A model generated the notes under the pieces. That model saw only the letters and a list, made by a program, of their open reading frames with translations, was not told where the DNA came from and made no database searches. Made by a program: the position numbers and the translations under genes. A DNA stretch of 51,831 nt from a virus (lineage: Duplodnaviria > Caudoviricetes), in IMG/VR virus record IMGVR_UViG_3300007983_000342, positions 1-51,831 of that record, one strand, 5' to 3'. Positions 17,690 through 26,986 of this stretch are shown one piece after another (position 1 is the stretch's first letter; each line of letters begins with the position of its first letter).

Positions 17690-18842
17690 TGTTTACAACC
17701 TTAGAGTAACTTCCAATACCTGCAGCAAGATACTTAGTGCCTTCGATATCTCCTTTGTAGGTGACCTTAAAGAACTTACTCGCATCATTAATATACAGAT
17801 TAATACCCTTCTCACCGAAAGAAGATAGTATACCTTTAAAAAGTTTGAAGTCTAATACATGAGATACTTCTTGATTATCTTCGTCGTTGACTCTTATACA
17901 ATCCATTTGCTCAACTGCTTTGAGATTAGATATAAGATGAAAAGATATAGAAGCATTCTCATTAACGCCCGTAAGTTCATATTGGATACCGGCACCTGCA
18001 GAAGAAGTATTAGATGCTGTAAGCCTGTCTAAGGTCTTAAGCAGCTTATTTTTATCTATAAGCGTATACGCGCTATCTCCCTTTATTAAATCTGTATTTA
18101 TTTTGGGAGACTCGACACCAGACTTTAGACAGGAAAAGAATACTCTTCCGTCTTCCGTTGTCAGACCCACGTCTTTTTGACCTTCTACCATTTTCACGGT
18201 TTCCTCACCCTTAAGATCTCTAAGAGCCGCTATCATAAACGGTACCGATTCTTTGCGTATCTTAAAGTTACTAAAGTTCTTAAGAGGCCCGCTTACAAAA
18301 AAACCCATTTTATTAACACCATTAGCACCATAGGCAATACCGTTATTCAAGATAACAAAGTCATATTGCTTCTTGTTTTCTTTAAGAGGCGCTAAATAGT
18401 TGTTAGTGAACTCTAAAGCGGCTTGAATTAAATCTTTCCTGATATCATATTCAGTCACCTCAGGTATTGTGAACGTAAGCATTTTCTCCGGAGGGAATGA
18501 TTGGAGAGTAGTAAACGATTGCTTATTCTCTGTTGTATATACAAGCACAGTCTTTTCTTCCTCATTGTACTCGATAGTAGTTTCATCTATATCTATCTTC
18601 GTAAGAATCTTCTCAGCTATTCTAGGGTCTAAAGTAAAAGACATCGCAGCTTCTATAGTCTCCGCCAAAGGAATCTTTATTTGCGCTTTTATATCGTTAT
18701 TTGTGGCAGACACTACCATAGTATCTTCCTCAGCACAACATAAGATATGACCCCTCTCTTCCTGAAGTATAATTTTTGGAAGTGCTTTCTTTGCTATCGA
18801 TATAGCTTTCTTAAATTCTATTACAGATACCTTAATTTCCAT
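17682..18842 (-). CDS. dnaN: DNA polymerase III beta-like sliding clamp
   Basis: 386 aa with a three-fold repeated domain pattern; N-terminus MEIKVS..FKKAI....A...HIL.......VSATN resembles DnaN; clamp-loader genes are in the same window. Confidence 0.7.
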   Translation of the reverse strand: MEIKVSVIEFKKAISIAKKALPKIILQEERGHILCCAEEDTMVVSATNNDIKAQIKIPLAETIEAAMSFTLDPRIAEKILTKIDIDETTIEYNEEEKTVLVYTTENKQSFTTLQSFPPEKMLTFTIPEVTEYDIRKDLIQAALEFTNNYLAPLKENKKQYDFVILNNGIAYGANGVNKMGFFVSGPLKNFSNFKIRKESVPFMIAALRDLKGEETVKMVEGQKDVGLTTEDGRVFFSCLKSGVESPKINTDLIKGDSAYTLIDKNKLLKTLDRLTASNTSSAGAGIQYELTGVNENASISFHLISNLKAVEQMDCIRVNDEDNQEVSHVLDFKLFKGILSSFGEKGINLYINDASKFFKVTYKGDIEGTKYLAAGIGSYSKVVNNG

Positions 18843-18843
18843 A

Positions 18844-19110
18844 CTAGCCCTCTATTTTACTTAGCTGAGATGATATCTTATCTAATGAAGATTCAAAATC
18901 CTTGAGTTCTTGATCAAACTCTTTCTCAAGAGTAGCTATAATACTTTTTAACTCCTTAGGATTATAGCCTTCCCCCTTAATCTCATCTATAAGTTCCTTC
19001 AAGTCACTTTTCTTAGATTTATACTGCTCTTCTATACGTATTTTTCTTGTAGATACGTCCTTGAGTTTCTCCTCAAGCTCCATATACTTTTCTACTTGTT
19101 CCTGGCTCAT
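18844..19110 (-). CDS. Small coiled-coil protein
   Basis: 88 aa, heptad-like L/I/E/K pattern; AGGAG RBS. Confidence 0.75.
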   Translation of the reverse strand: MSQEQVEKYMELEEKLKDVSTRKIRIEEQYKSKKSDLKELIDEIKGEGYNPKELKSIIATLEKEFDQELKDFESSLDKISSQLSKIEG

Positions 19111-19158
19111 AAATTCTCCTTATATTACAATATAATTTTTGGTAGTTTCATATTAGAA

Positions 19159-19992
19159 CTAGAATCCAAAACTAACCTTTTTCCCAACAGCAGGCAAGGG
19201 CACCCCTTTGTTTCTTTTCAGCCTATTCGCTTCCTTCTTCAAATTGTAGGCGTCGCAATCAGATTTGTAATCACAAAACTTGCAGGCTTTAGTAATCTTA
19301 ACCTTAGGTTCCCAAGTTCTATCTTCTTTAATACTTTTTTTAACTAAAGCAAATTTTTTCTTAAAACTTATTAAGGTATCCATGTCCATATCGATATATA
19401 CTATTCTTTGGAATTTATAGTACCAAAAACCTACCTTAGTAGGTAGCTTTTTATGTCTTAAATAGTACAACATAGCATAGAAATAAAGCTGCTCTTTGTC
19501 TACATTCTTTTCTATCTTTGTAGTGCCTTTGCCGTCTAAGATCTCTACAGTCCCGTCCGGCTTTTCTACAATAAAGTCCAACCTACCGTGTAACTCGTCT
19601 TTAGTTTTCTTTAAAGTTATATTGTAGATTACTTCTGAGCGGGCGTACTTAAAAAAATCAAAATTCTCAATATTTGTTAAAACATCATTATAGATAGACT
19701 CAAAAATTTCTTCAGAGCTTTCTTTGCACCAGGGGTCATCCCAAATAACATACTCATAGTCTAGTGTTCTTTCCCAGTCTTTTCTCAAGAAGGATCGAAT
19801 CTGCTCGTTAGTTAACCTTATACCTTTTTTAACATACTTGTTAACATAGAATTCAAAAAATCTTTGTATTACTATACCATACAAGGCGAAGTACTTACTA
19901 GACTTTACAGTAATAGGCCTTCTATCGCTAACCCACCTGTATTTCCTAGGGCATTCAACATACATCTTATACTTCGAATAAGATAATCTCAT
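19159..19992 (-). CDS. PD-(D/E)xK nuclease, Cas4/AddB/RecB-like
   Basis: LSYS..ECPRKY, GRLD, ILDGK, QLYFYA, CKFCDYKSDC (1+3 Cys Fe-S staple). Confidence 0.88.
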   Translation of the reverse strand: MRLSYSKYKMYVECPRKYRWVSDRRPITVKSSKYFALYGIVIQRFFEFYVNKYVKKGIRLTNEQIRSFLRKDWERTLDYEYVIWDDPWCKESSEEIFESIYNDVLTNIENFDFFKYARSEVIYNITLKKTKDELHGRLDFIVEKPDGTVEILDGKGTTKIEKNVDKEQLYFYAMLYYLRHKKLPTKVGFWYYKFQRIVYIDMDMDTLISFKKKFALVKKSIKEDRTWEPKVKITKACKFCDYKSDCDAYNLKKEANRLKRNKGVPLPAVGKKVSFGF

Positions 19993-21014
19993 TTTTTTAT
20001 TTCCTTTAAAGCTATGTCCGCTTCTTGTATATAACTCTCTACCCTCTTTAAAACCTTATTCTCTATATCTACGTTCTCTGATTTAAGCTTGTTTATGAAT
20101 CCTTCTGTACCTTCTATATCATCTTTACTTGTTACCGCGTCTTTAAGATGCGCCACAAAGGCTTCAGCCTCCTTCATTTTTTTCTCTTCTTTCTCTTTCT
20201 CTTCTAATATAAACACTTCACTAGCAGGCCTTACTTTAAGCTTAACAACTTGAGTCTCTGTGGTTATTTGATTATTCTCTTTAGTGCAGGTAACTACACA
20301 TACTTTAGGTATTCTTTTTATATTATCATGGCTTAGAGAACCACGACTAACAGCGCCTACATTAATAAAATGCTGAGAACCTACCACTTCTACACCCTGA
20401 TCTACATGGTAGTGCCCAAGAACAAAAATATCGTCTTTTAACTGTGCTATGTCTTCATACGAGTAGAGCTTTTGTTTGAACAGATTGCCGCCATTTACCG
20501 TAGCATATAAGTGCATTGCACAAACACTTAAGTCAACGCCGGAGTTAGCAAGCGGGTATTCTTTACGATCAGTTAAGTCTGGTGCCTCTGTAAAAGGAAA
20601 GCCTCTTAAGTTCATCTTAAAATTTTCATCGTCTTTAGAGGCTATAGTAATAGTTTTTCCTGTTAGCCTGTTAACTGCCCCGCTATTGTATAGTACTGAA
20701 ATAGGCTGTTTTTCAAAATTCTCATAACTATCATTAGTTAAATCGTGATTGCCTTCGATCATGTATAAAGGAGCTTTATACCTACTAAATGTATTTATGA
20801 GCATATTGTTTAATAGATGGGAGTTTCTCATAGGAGCCTTAAGATTATACATATCTCCTGCACAAACAAAAAAGTCTACTCCTAATTTATTACCCAACAT
20901 ACCTATCATATTTAGCTTGTCTAAAATATCATCCCTATAACAACCCAGCCGGGATTGAGGGTTAGTATCGCTAATATGTACGTCCGTAAACGTTATGAAC
21001 TTTATTTTACTCAT
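19989..21014 (-). CDS. sbcD: SbcD/Mre11-like metallophosphoesterase nuclease
   Basis: TDVH, AGDMY, GNHD, MH, LGHYH; lies between the two SbcC halves. Confidence 0.88.
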   Translation of the reverse strand: MSKIKFITFTDVHISDTNPQSRLGCYRDDILDKLNMIGMLGNKLGVDFFVCAGDMYNLKAPMRNSHLLNNMLINTFSRYKAPLYMIEGNHDLTNDSYENFEKQPISVLYNSGAVNRLTGKTITIASKDDENFKMNLRGFPFTEAPDLTDRKEYPLANSGVDLSVCAMHLYATVNGGNLFKQKLYSYEDIAQLKDDIFVLGHYHVDQGVEVVGSQHFINVGAVSRGSLSHDNIKRIPKVCVVTCTKENNQITTETQVVKLKVRPASEVFILEEKEKEEKKMKEAEAFVAHLKDAVTSKDDIEGTEGFINKLKSENVDIENKVLKRVESYIQEADIALKEIKK

Positions 21015-21017
21015 ATC

Positions 21018-22202
21018 TTATATAGGTTCCTTGCTTATATCATTCAAACTACCTCCGCAAAGAGGACACATACCTTTAAATTGTTCCTTATCTTTTAAGA
21101 GCTTGTGCTCCTCTTCCTTTGTGTGTTCTAAAGATTTTTCTAACGTTTGATACTCATCTCTAACGTTTATTAATTTGCTACGAACATTTTCTAACACGTC
21201 TATCTTTTCATAAGAAGAATCGGGAGAAACGGGTAATTTTATGTTCTCTACACCTTTAAGTCTCGTAACTTCTTTATAAAGCTTAGAGTATCTTGAAGAG
21301 AATGACCCTAGACCGCTTAAGCTATCTCTAAGCTCCTTAAGCTTCTTGTTGTTCTTGGGGATCTCTATTTCTTCTACGGGCTTCAAGGAACTTATAGCAA
21401 GAGCGAGTTTATTATAAGCCGCATTGTATCTAGATAGCTTGGTAAGGTCTTTCTTCTTTGTAGCGAGATGGGAAGCATTCGGCACTTCTACAGAACTAAT
21501 GCCTTGAAGAACTCTAACCTGCTTGGAAAGTATGTCTAATCTCTCATAGAGCTTTCCTAGTCTTGCTATTTTCTGCTGCTTAGCATCGAGAGCTTTTTTA
21601 TTTCTTACTATTTCTTCCTTACGCTTAAGTATATCTTCTACACCTTCGTACTTCTTGATCTCTTCTGATAGTACATCTAGATCCTTTTTACGGACTCTTA
21701 GGAGGTCTTTATTAGACCTCTGGTCCTTGTTGCATAGATCTATAGCTTTATAGATCTTATCCAGGCCGTAAGCTGCTGTGAGAAGGTCTATACCTTTAGA
21801 ATCTTTTTTATCTACAAGGAATAGGGGGTAGAATTGCTCTACGTAGAGGAGATTGAGTTTATCTTTTCCTATAGTAGTAGGACCGAGGCCTACCTGAAAT
21901 ATCTCATCAGGCGGGTCAGATTTTCCAACCTTAGTGTACTTCTGGCCATTAATGACATAGAAGTTGTTCCCATCTTCTTTATGCCATAGTAAATCTATCT
22001 TTTCATTTTTTATCTTAACTTCACTATAAGTTTCTCCCCAGGTTATAAAGCTTGTACCTGAGGCATTAGTGAGCGCAGCATTGATAGCTCTCAATACTGC
22101 GCTCTTTCCTATAAAATTTCTACCTACTATAGTGGTGAAGCCGTCAATATCAAACTTTATATGGCGAATAGACTCGAAGTTTGTGATCTCTATATGTATC
22201 AT
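21018..22202 (-). CDS. sbcC: SbcC/Rad50 ATPase, N-terminal half ending at the zinc hook
   Basis: ITNFES, Walker A GRNFIGKS, Q-loop EQ, coiled coil, terminal CPLCG; no Walker B. Confidence 0.85.
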   Translation of the reverse strand: MIHIEITNFESIRHIKFDIDGFTTIVGRNFIGKSAVLRAINAALTNASGTSFITWGETYSEVKIKNEKIDLLWHKEDGNNFYVINGQKYTKVGKSDPPDEIFQVGLGPTTIGKDKLNLLYVEQFYPLFLVDKKDSKGIDLLTAAYGLDKIYKAIDLCNKDQRSNKDLLRVRKKDLDVLSEEIKKYEGVEDILKRKEEIVRNKKALDAKQQKIARLGKLYERLDILSKQVRVLQGISSVEVPNASHLATKKKDLTKLSRYNAAYNKLALAISSLKPVEEIEIPKNNKKLKELRDSLSGLGSFSSRYSKLYKEVTRLKGVENIKLPVSPDSSYEKIDVLENVRSKLINVRDEYQTLEKSLEHTKEEEHKLLKDKEQFKGMCPLCGGSLNDISKEPI

Positions 22203-23500
22203 TATTCGTCACTTCCCTCGCCGCCTTTTCCGCTCATCATTTTGTCAAGTTCTTCTAAGGCATCATCCCCGGCTTCTAAGTCAGGGTCGTAATTTTCATC
22301 CTCGTCCAGATTCATAGCTTTGAGCCTCTTAAGGTTATCTTTCTCCTCTTCGGTTAGGTTACTTTCTCCTCTAGACTCTAGCTCGTTACGAACCCTTAAC
22401 ATTTCTTTAGTGTCTTCAGAAGGTAAAAGGTACGGCTTCATAGCTTCAAGAACCTCAGGATGTTCTTCTAGGTGTTTTTTAATTGCGTTGGTACCCTGTA
22501 CTTTGAAACTATACTTATCTGTTGGATCGTTAAACTCATACCACGCCCCTCCTTTGTTTATAACTTTCTTGTTTATAGCTAAAGTTATAAGAGACATTAT
22601 ATTGTCAATGCCCTGACCAAAAGCTATATAAAGAGGTCCCGATTTGAATGGCACATCAAGCTTATTCTTTATGACGGTAGCTTTAACTGTTTGGTTGATC
22701 TTTGTTTTTTCTTTCTCTCCTGTTATAATGCTTTTTTCGTCTATAGTCTGAGTTCTTCCCGCGCGGAGTTCGACACGTACAGTAGAAAAGAATCTTGGAG
22801 CTCTTCCGCCTGACGTAACTTCATCAGGACCTCTGTCGTATTTACCCTTAATAGCGCTTCTAAGCTGATTAAGTAATACAAGAGCTGTGTCTGCATCCTC
22901 AAGATACTTACTCATCCAATTTAAAAATGTGCCTGTAAGTTTAGCGTGCAAGCCAATTTGGACAGAATCATCTGCATCTGCGTCGAAAGACGCTTTAGGT
23001 AGCATAGTAGTTACAGAGTCAACAACTATAATACCAGGCTTTAGCTCCTTCAGAGCTCTACCGATTTGCTTAACACCATCCTCTAAACAAGAAGGGGTAA
23101 GGTGGATGAACTTAGACGGGCTTAAGTCTAGTCCTATGTTTTTTATGTAATTAAATTGGGTGCGAAGAGAGTGCTCGAAGTCAGCGTAAATAACTCGCTC
23201 ACCGAGTAGTTGGGCTTGTTGGCACGCATGTAATGCTAATGTAGTCTTACCGCACCCTTCATCCCCAAACACTTCGGTTATATACCCTCTAGGGAACCCG
23301 CCGGGAGAGTTAGTATGAGAACCATCACCGATGATACGGTTAACTACCCACGAACCTGTAGGTATAAATTTTATTTCCTTTGTGATATCACCAAGCATCC
23401 CTTGCTTCTTTAGTGATTGAATGAAAGTATCTGCTGAGTCCTTTTTCTTGGTATTACTAGACGCGATTTTATTTCCTGTCACTTTCTTTTTCGGCGACAT
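22202..23500 (-). CDS. recA: RecA/UvsX recombinase
   Basis: GGFPRGYITEVFG, GDEGCGKTT, IVVDSV, NQLR, TSGGRA, KNK, GAWY; acidic tail. Confidence 0.95.
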   Translation of the reverse strand: MSPKKKVTGNKIASSNTKKKDSADTFIQSLKKQGMLGDITKEIKFIPTGSWVVNRIIGDGSHTNSPGGFPRGYITEVFGDEGCGKTTLALHACQQAQLLGERVIYADFEHSLRTQFNYIKNIGLDLSPSKFIHLTPSCLEDGVKQIGRALKELKPGIIVVDSVTTMLPKASFDADADDSVQIGLHAKLTGTFLNWMSKYLEDADTALVLLNQLRSAIKGKYDRGPDEVTSGGRAPRFFSTVRVELRAGRTQTIDEKSIITGEKEKTKINQTVKATVIKNKLDVPFKSGPLYIAFGQGIDNIMSLITLAINKKVINKGGAWYEFNDPTDKYSFKVQGTNAIKKHLEEHPEVLEAMKPYLLPSEDTKEMLRVRNELESRGESNLTEEEKDNLKRLKAMNLDEDENYDPDLEAGDDALEELDKMMSGKGGEGSDE

Positions 23501-24155
23501 CTTTTATTCTCCTTTTAATTTCTTTGAAGTCAAAAAACAGTTCATTCTCACGATAAATTATACCTTTGTACTCTGTGACTCCTTTTTTAGCGCCACGAGT
23601 AAAGGTGTGCTTACCGCAAAACAAATGTTTCTCATAAACTCCTAGGTCTTTTTCAGATAAGCTTTTTTGGATAAACCACTTATAAAACCTTCTACCAAAA
23701 TGCCCCGCCCAAAAAGCATCAGCTACGTCTTCTGCTAATCTATGTCCGTGAAGGTCAAGCATAGTTTTAGCTTTATCGATCATCTGAGCTTTATGTATTT
23801 CTCGGACGCTGACATCAGGGTATACTAGTTTCTTAAGTGCTTGAGGAGGAAAACACACCACATAAATACTCTTCTCTAGAAAAATTTTGTGCAAAAATTG
23901 ATTTAGTGCAAAAAGTTGTTCTGTAGAGAAAGCGTCAAAAAATGGAGCCTCCATGCCGATAAATTTTATATCGTATTTCTCAATTATCTCAGCGACTTGG
24001 GAAGATTGTTTTAAGAGGCGGAGAATTAGTATACCGTCTTTAGGAGAGGTTTTTAACATACCACGCTCAACCGTCACATTATCCTTACCGTCTGTGTCAA
24101 GAACAACATAACCAGCTTTTTTTAAAGATGGATCTAATCCCAAAATGTATGCCAT
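23469..24155 (-). CDS. ruvC: RuvC-like Holliday junction resolvase
   Basis: ILGLDPS..GY, GMEAP, KK..K, EDVADA. Confidence 0.82.
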   Translation of the reverse strand: MAYILGLDPSLKKAGYVVLDTDGKDNVTVERGMLKTSPKDGILILRLLKQSSQVAEIIEKYDIKFIGMEAPFFDAFSTEQLFALNQFLHKIFLEKSIYVVCFPPQALKKLVYPDVSVREIHKAQMIDKAKTMLDLHGHRLAEDVADAFWAGHFGRRFYKWFIQKSLSEKDLGVYEKHLFCGKHTFTRGAKKGVTEYKGIIYRENELFFDFKEIKRRIKDVAEKESDRK

Positions 24156-24168
24156 ATATACCTCTTAC

Positions 24169-24200
24169 TAAAAAGCAGGGGCCCGCGTTAGCAGGCCCCT
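24169..24200 (-). terminator. Intrinsic terminator after the SSB gene
   Basis: Minus strand reads AGGGGCCUGC-UAAC-GCGGGCCCCU followed by GCUUUUU. Confidence 0.8.
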
Positions 24201-24260
24201 TTGTTGGGCACGCACACCCGCGTTTTAATTCCTAACCGCCTTAATCCCAGACCCATTTCT

Positions 24261-24896
24261 TTACATGTCTTCCAAAACATCACCAAGTTCAACATTTTCA
24301 GCCGCGTCGCCTGAACCAGCGTCGTCAATACCTAGAAGTTCTTTGACCTCTTCGATAGACAAGTCAGAAGCGAGGTTGTCACCTACTTCCTGGTGGATAA
24401 TCTTAGCCTCATCAAGAATTTTATTCTTAAGTGCGTCTTTCATTTGCCAAAAACTTTCTTTACAAGGCTGCGGTTCAATTGTCTGGTAATCTTCGTTTGT
24501 ACATGAAAGTATAAGATCGTGCCTACTCAGAGGGAACTCTTCGTTAGCTGTTTTGAGCTTCTGATACATCTTATCAGTAAAAACCCAAGGTTTTAGCTTA
24601 TAGCTACGAAGCTTCTTTTCAGACATCTCATACATAACTATAACTCCGCCAACGCGCCAACGAGGTTTGTTGCCGTCATAGCTATGAGTACAGCAAATCG
24701 CTTTTTTCTCCGGAGTGCTCTTACAAACGAAGTAACGATCTTTATAATGAACCGGAACCCCGAGGAACATACTTTTAGGATTCTCGTCAAAGAAAACAAA
24801 ACCTATACGATATTTTTCTCCGCTTTTTGCCTTCCAAGACTTAAACGAATACCCTCTGACCTCATCATTGTCAGCGCCAAACGCTTGTACACCCAT
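24261..24896 (-). CDS. Probable phage single-stranded DNA-binding protein
   Basis: 211 aa with H...C...CC putative Zn site, aromatic beta strands and an acidic C-terminal tail; sits beside recA/ruvC with its own terminator. Confidence 0.6.
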   Translation of the reverse strand: MGVQAFGADNDEVRGYSFKSWKAKSGEKYRIGFVFFDENPKSMFLGVPVHYKDRYFVCKSTPEKKAICCTHSYDGNKPRWRVGGVIVMYEMSEKKLRSYKLKPWVFTDKMYQKLKTANEEFPLSRHDLILSCTNEDYQTIEPQPCKESFWQMKDALKNKILDEAKIIHQEVGDNLASDLSIEEVKELLGIDDAGSGDAAENVELGDVLEDM

Positions 24897-24922
24897 GATA
24901 ATACTCCTTAAGTGTCTTTGTG

Positions 24923-25240
24923 TTATAATAAACTTTTTATAGAGTCACCGGGACGGTATATGACCTTGCTGCCCCGTACCTTCTTCGTCACCATCTTATC
25001 ACTCTTTTTGTCAAAGACTTTTTTGTCTTTTTCTTTTATGCTTTTGACAAATACAGTACCGAAACCCGGAGAAAGACCAAGCTTTTTTTCCTTAAGCAAG
25101 ACATAAAAAAGCTCTCTGTTTAAGGATTGCCAGAGCTTTTTTTTAAGCTCCTTTGTATTAGCTTTTTTCAAAATCTCCGGGTCAATCTTTTCACCTAGAA
25201 TTTCTAACACCGTCTGCATGACAATGTCTTGAGGATCCAT
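24923..25240 (-). CDS. HU/IHF-like DNA-binding protein
   Basis: LSPGFGTVFVK...arm...KVIYRPGDSIKSLL matches the GFGxF...FxPG pattern. Confidence 0.75.
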   Translation of the reverse strand: MDPQDIVMQTVLEILGEKIDPEILKKANTKELKKKLWQSLNRELFYVLLKEKKLGLSPGFGTVFVKSIKEKDKKVFDKKSDKMVTKKVRGSKVIYRPGDSIKSLL

Positions 25241-25247
25241 GATTGAC

Positions 25248-26501
25248 CTACATATCCAATAGTGACTCTATGTCATATTCTTCGCCTATAGAGGCGTCGT
25301 CCTCTACTACCTTAGATTCCTTCTCTTCTTCAGGTCGAGAATCTTCTACTTTAACTTCTTCCTGTGAATCACCACTACTTGAATCTTCTGTACTGTTTTC
25401 TTCGCCTACTAAGTCTATATCGTCGTCCATGAACGAGGATATGTCTATATCGCTGTCCTCTACTACTGCACTCTCTATCGGGCGGGTCATAGGCTCACCG
25501 TCAGGTAAATCTTCACCTAATATTTCTTCCATAGGTGTTCTCTTACGTTTAGAATTAGCCTCTTCTTCAATACTACTCGGAGCAGGTTGTTTATCTGTAA
25601 CTCCCTCGTCTTCCTGAGTGCTGTTTTCAGAAGAATCTTCTTCTAATGGATCGAAATCATCATCGCCGCCTATTAGCAACTCGATTGAATCCTCATCACT
25701 ACTCTCTTCTGATTCTACTTCTTCCTCCCGACTTTCTTCAGAGTCCAGTGGCTCATTGCTTGGCTCATCGGATTCATCGCTCCCGGATTCAGCTAAATCA
25801 TCGAGATCCATTAATAGCTCTTCAGCATCATCGTGACTATCCTGAGAGTCCAGTGGCTCATTGCTTGGCTGCTCGGATTCATCGTGCGACACATCATCGC
25901 TATAATGTTCTTCAGTATATTCTTCGCTATCTTCTACATCATCGTCTAACCCAATTTCATCTTCGAGTTGATCATCCAGGTTATCAAGTTCGGATAAACT
26001 CTTTTGGAGGTGTGCTACATCAGGGTCGCCGTCTGACCCTACACTCAGCTTATTTACTTGCTCATCAAGCATACTTTTAAGTAACTTGATGTTTTGTTCT
26101 GTAGTCTTAAGTTTTCTGAGAGTTGCTGTAAGAGCACTTCTAACCATCTTAAGTGTGTTAAGATAGTTGTCCATTGCTAAAAGCTCCTTATAGTCAGTGT
26201 GAAGCATCTCTTCTGCGGCTTCATCTCTTTCTTTGCCTGTAGGGAGCTTTTTGACATTCTCTACATTCGTTTTAATGTCTTGTTTTCTAGTACTTAACTC
26301 AAACTTTTTATTAGCTATAGAGTTTTCCTGCTTAGCTATCAAAGGTTCTATACGAGTCAGATGGGTGACTACCGTATCTTGATTAGCGTTACAAGACAAT
26401 AGTTTCATTTGTAGCTTTTTGTAGTCTGTTGCGTCTTTTTCGCCTACAGCTACAAAAAGAGTAGAAAGCTGGTCTGCAATTTTTTCTAAATCTAATGCCA
26501 T
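25248..26501 (-). CDS. Coiled-coil (possibly UvsY-like) protein with a very long acidic disordered tail
   Basis: About 160 helical N-terminal residues followed by about 250 residues dominated by D/E/S; start moved to ATG 26501 on RBS spacing. Confidence 0.7.
   Translation of the reverse strand: MALDLEKIADQLSTLFVAVGEKDATDYKKLQMKLLSCNANQDTVVTHLTRIEPLIAKQENSIANKKFELSTRKQDIKTNVENVKKLPTGKERDEAAEEMLHTDYKELLAMDNYLNTLKMVRSALTATLRKLKTTEQNIKLLKSMLDEQVNKLSVGSDGDPDVAHLQKSLSELDNLDDQLEDEIGLDDDVEDSEEYTEEHYSDDVSHDESEQPSNEPLDSQDSHDDAEELLMDLDDLAESGSDESDEPSNEPLDSEESREEEVESEESSDEDSIELLIGGDDDFDPLEEDSSENSTQEDEGVTDKQPAPSSIEEEANSKRKRTPMEEILGEDLPDGEPMTRPIESAVVEDSDIDISSFMDDDIDLVGEENSTEDSSSGDSQEEVKVEDSRPEEEKESKVVEDDASIGEEYDIESLLDM
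25740..25884. repeat. 40-bp direct repeat (25740-25779 and 25845-25884) within the acidic tail
   Basis: AGAGTCCAGTGGCTCATTGCTTGGCT(CA/GC)TCGGATTCATCG, 38/40 identical, 105 bp apart; encodes DESxxPSNEPLDS. Confidence 0.9.
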
Positions 26502-26569
26502 ACTACACATCTCCTATAAAACTGTTCTACTGAATATAATAACCCGAAATAAAAAAAAGAAATAATATA

Positions 26570-26986
26570 TCAAAAAAGTTTTACGATATTAAATTTCTGT
26601 TCTTCATTTTTCATTCTATCGCACACCTCATCATGGCTCTTTAGGTATTTAACTGTTCCTGGGTCTGTTACATCTCCAAAAAAGTATATATTCTTTATAC
26701 CTGATGTGTGTAAAAATCTAATCTCAGTCTCGTTAGGGAAATAAGTAGAGAATATATGTAAGCTATTACCCTCAAACCCTACCCTGGCGTTTAAGAAATA
26801 TTTTAACACAGCATCGATAATAGTTGAGTTATAGATGCCTTTACCCGGTATTACTTCGAATGTATATGAGGATGAAACTATTATTTCGCCTCTAGAGACA
26901 ATAGACGCTTCAGCGCAGGAGCATTCTGATAGTTGCTGGTATCCCCGTAACGCTCCCGCAATGAGGCTGCTTCTCCTTTGGTCCAT
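26570..26986 (-). CDS. dCMP deaminase-fold protein lacking catalytic Zn motifs
   Basis: LSEC..ASIV..GEIIVSSSY...IDAVL...HIFSTYFP......L.TSGIKNIYF aligns by eye with dCMP deaminases, but HAE and PCxxC are absent. Confidence 0.6.
   Translation of the reverse strand: MDQRRSSLIAGALRGYQQLSECSCAEASIVSRGEIIVSSSYTFEVIPGKGIYNSTIIDAVLKYFLNARVGFEGNSLHIFSTYFPNETEIRFLHTSGIKNIYFFGDVTDPGTVKYLKSHDEVCDRMKNEEQKFNIVKLF

Noticed and set aside
19159-19992. Cas4-like nuclease as evidence of a CRISPR-Cas system
   Set aside because: No repeat-spacer array or other cas genes seen; solo Cas4/RecB-like nucleases are common in phage recombination blocks.
23480-23500. RecA N-terminus MSPKKKV resembles the SV40 nuclear localisation signal
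   Set aside because: The genome is bacteriophage-like with Shine-Dalgarno sites; K-rich stretches are frequent in this AT-rich sequence.
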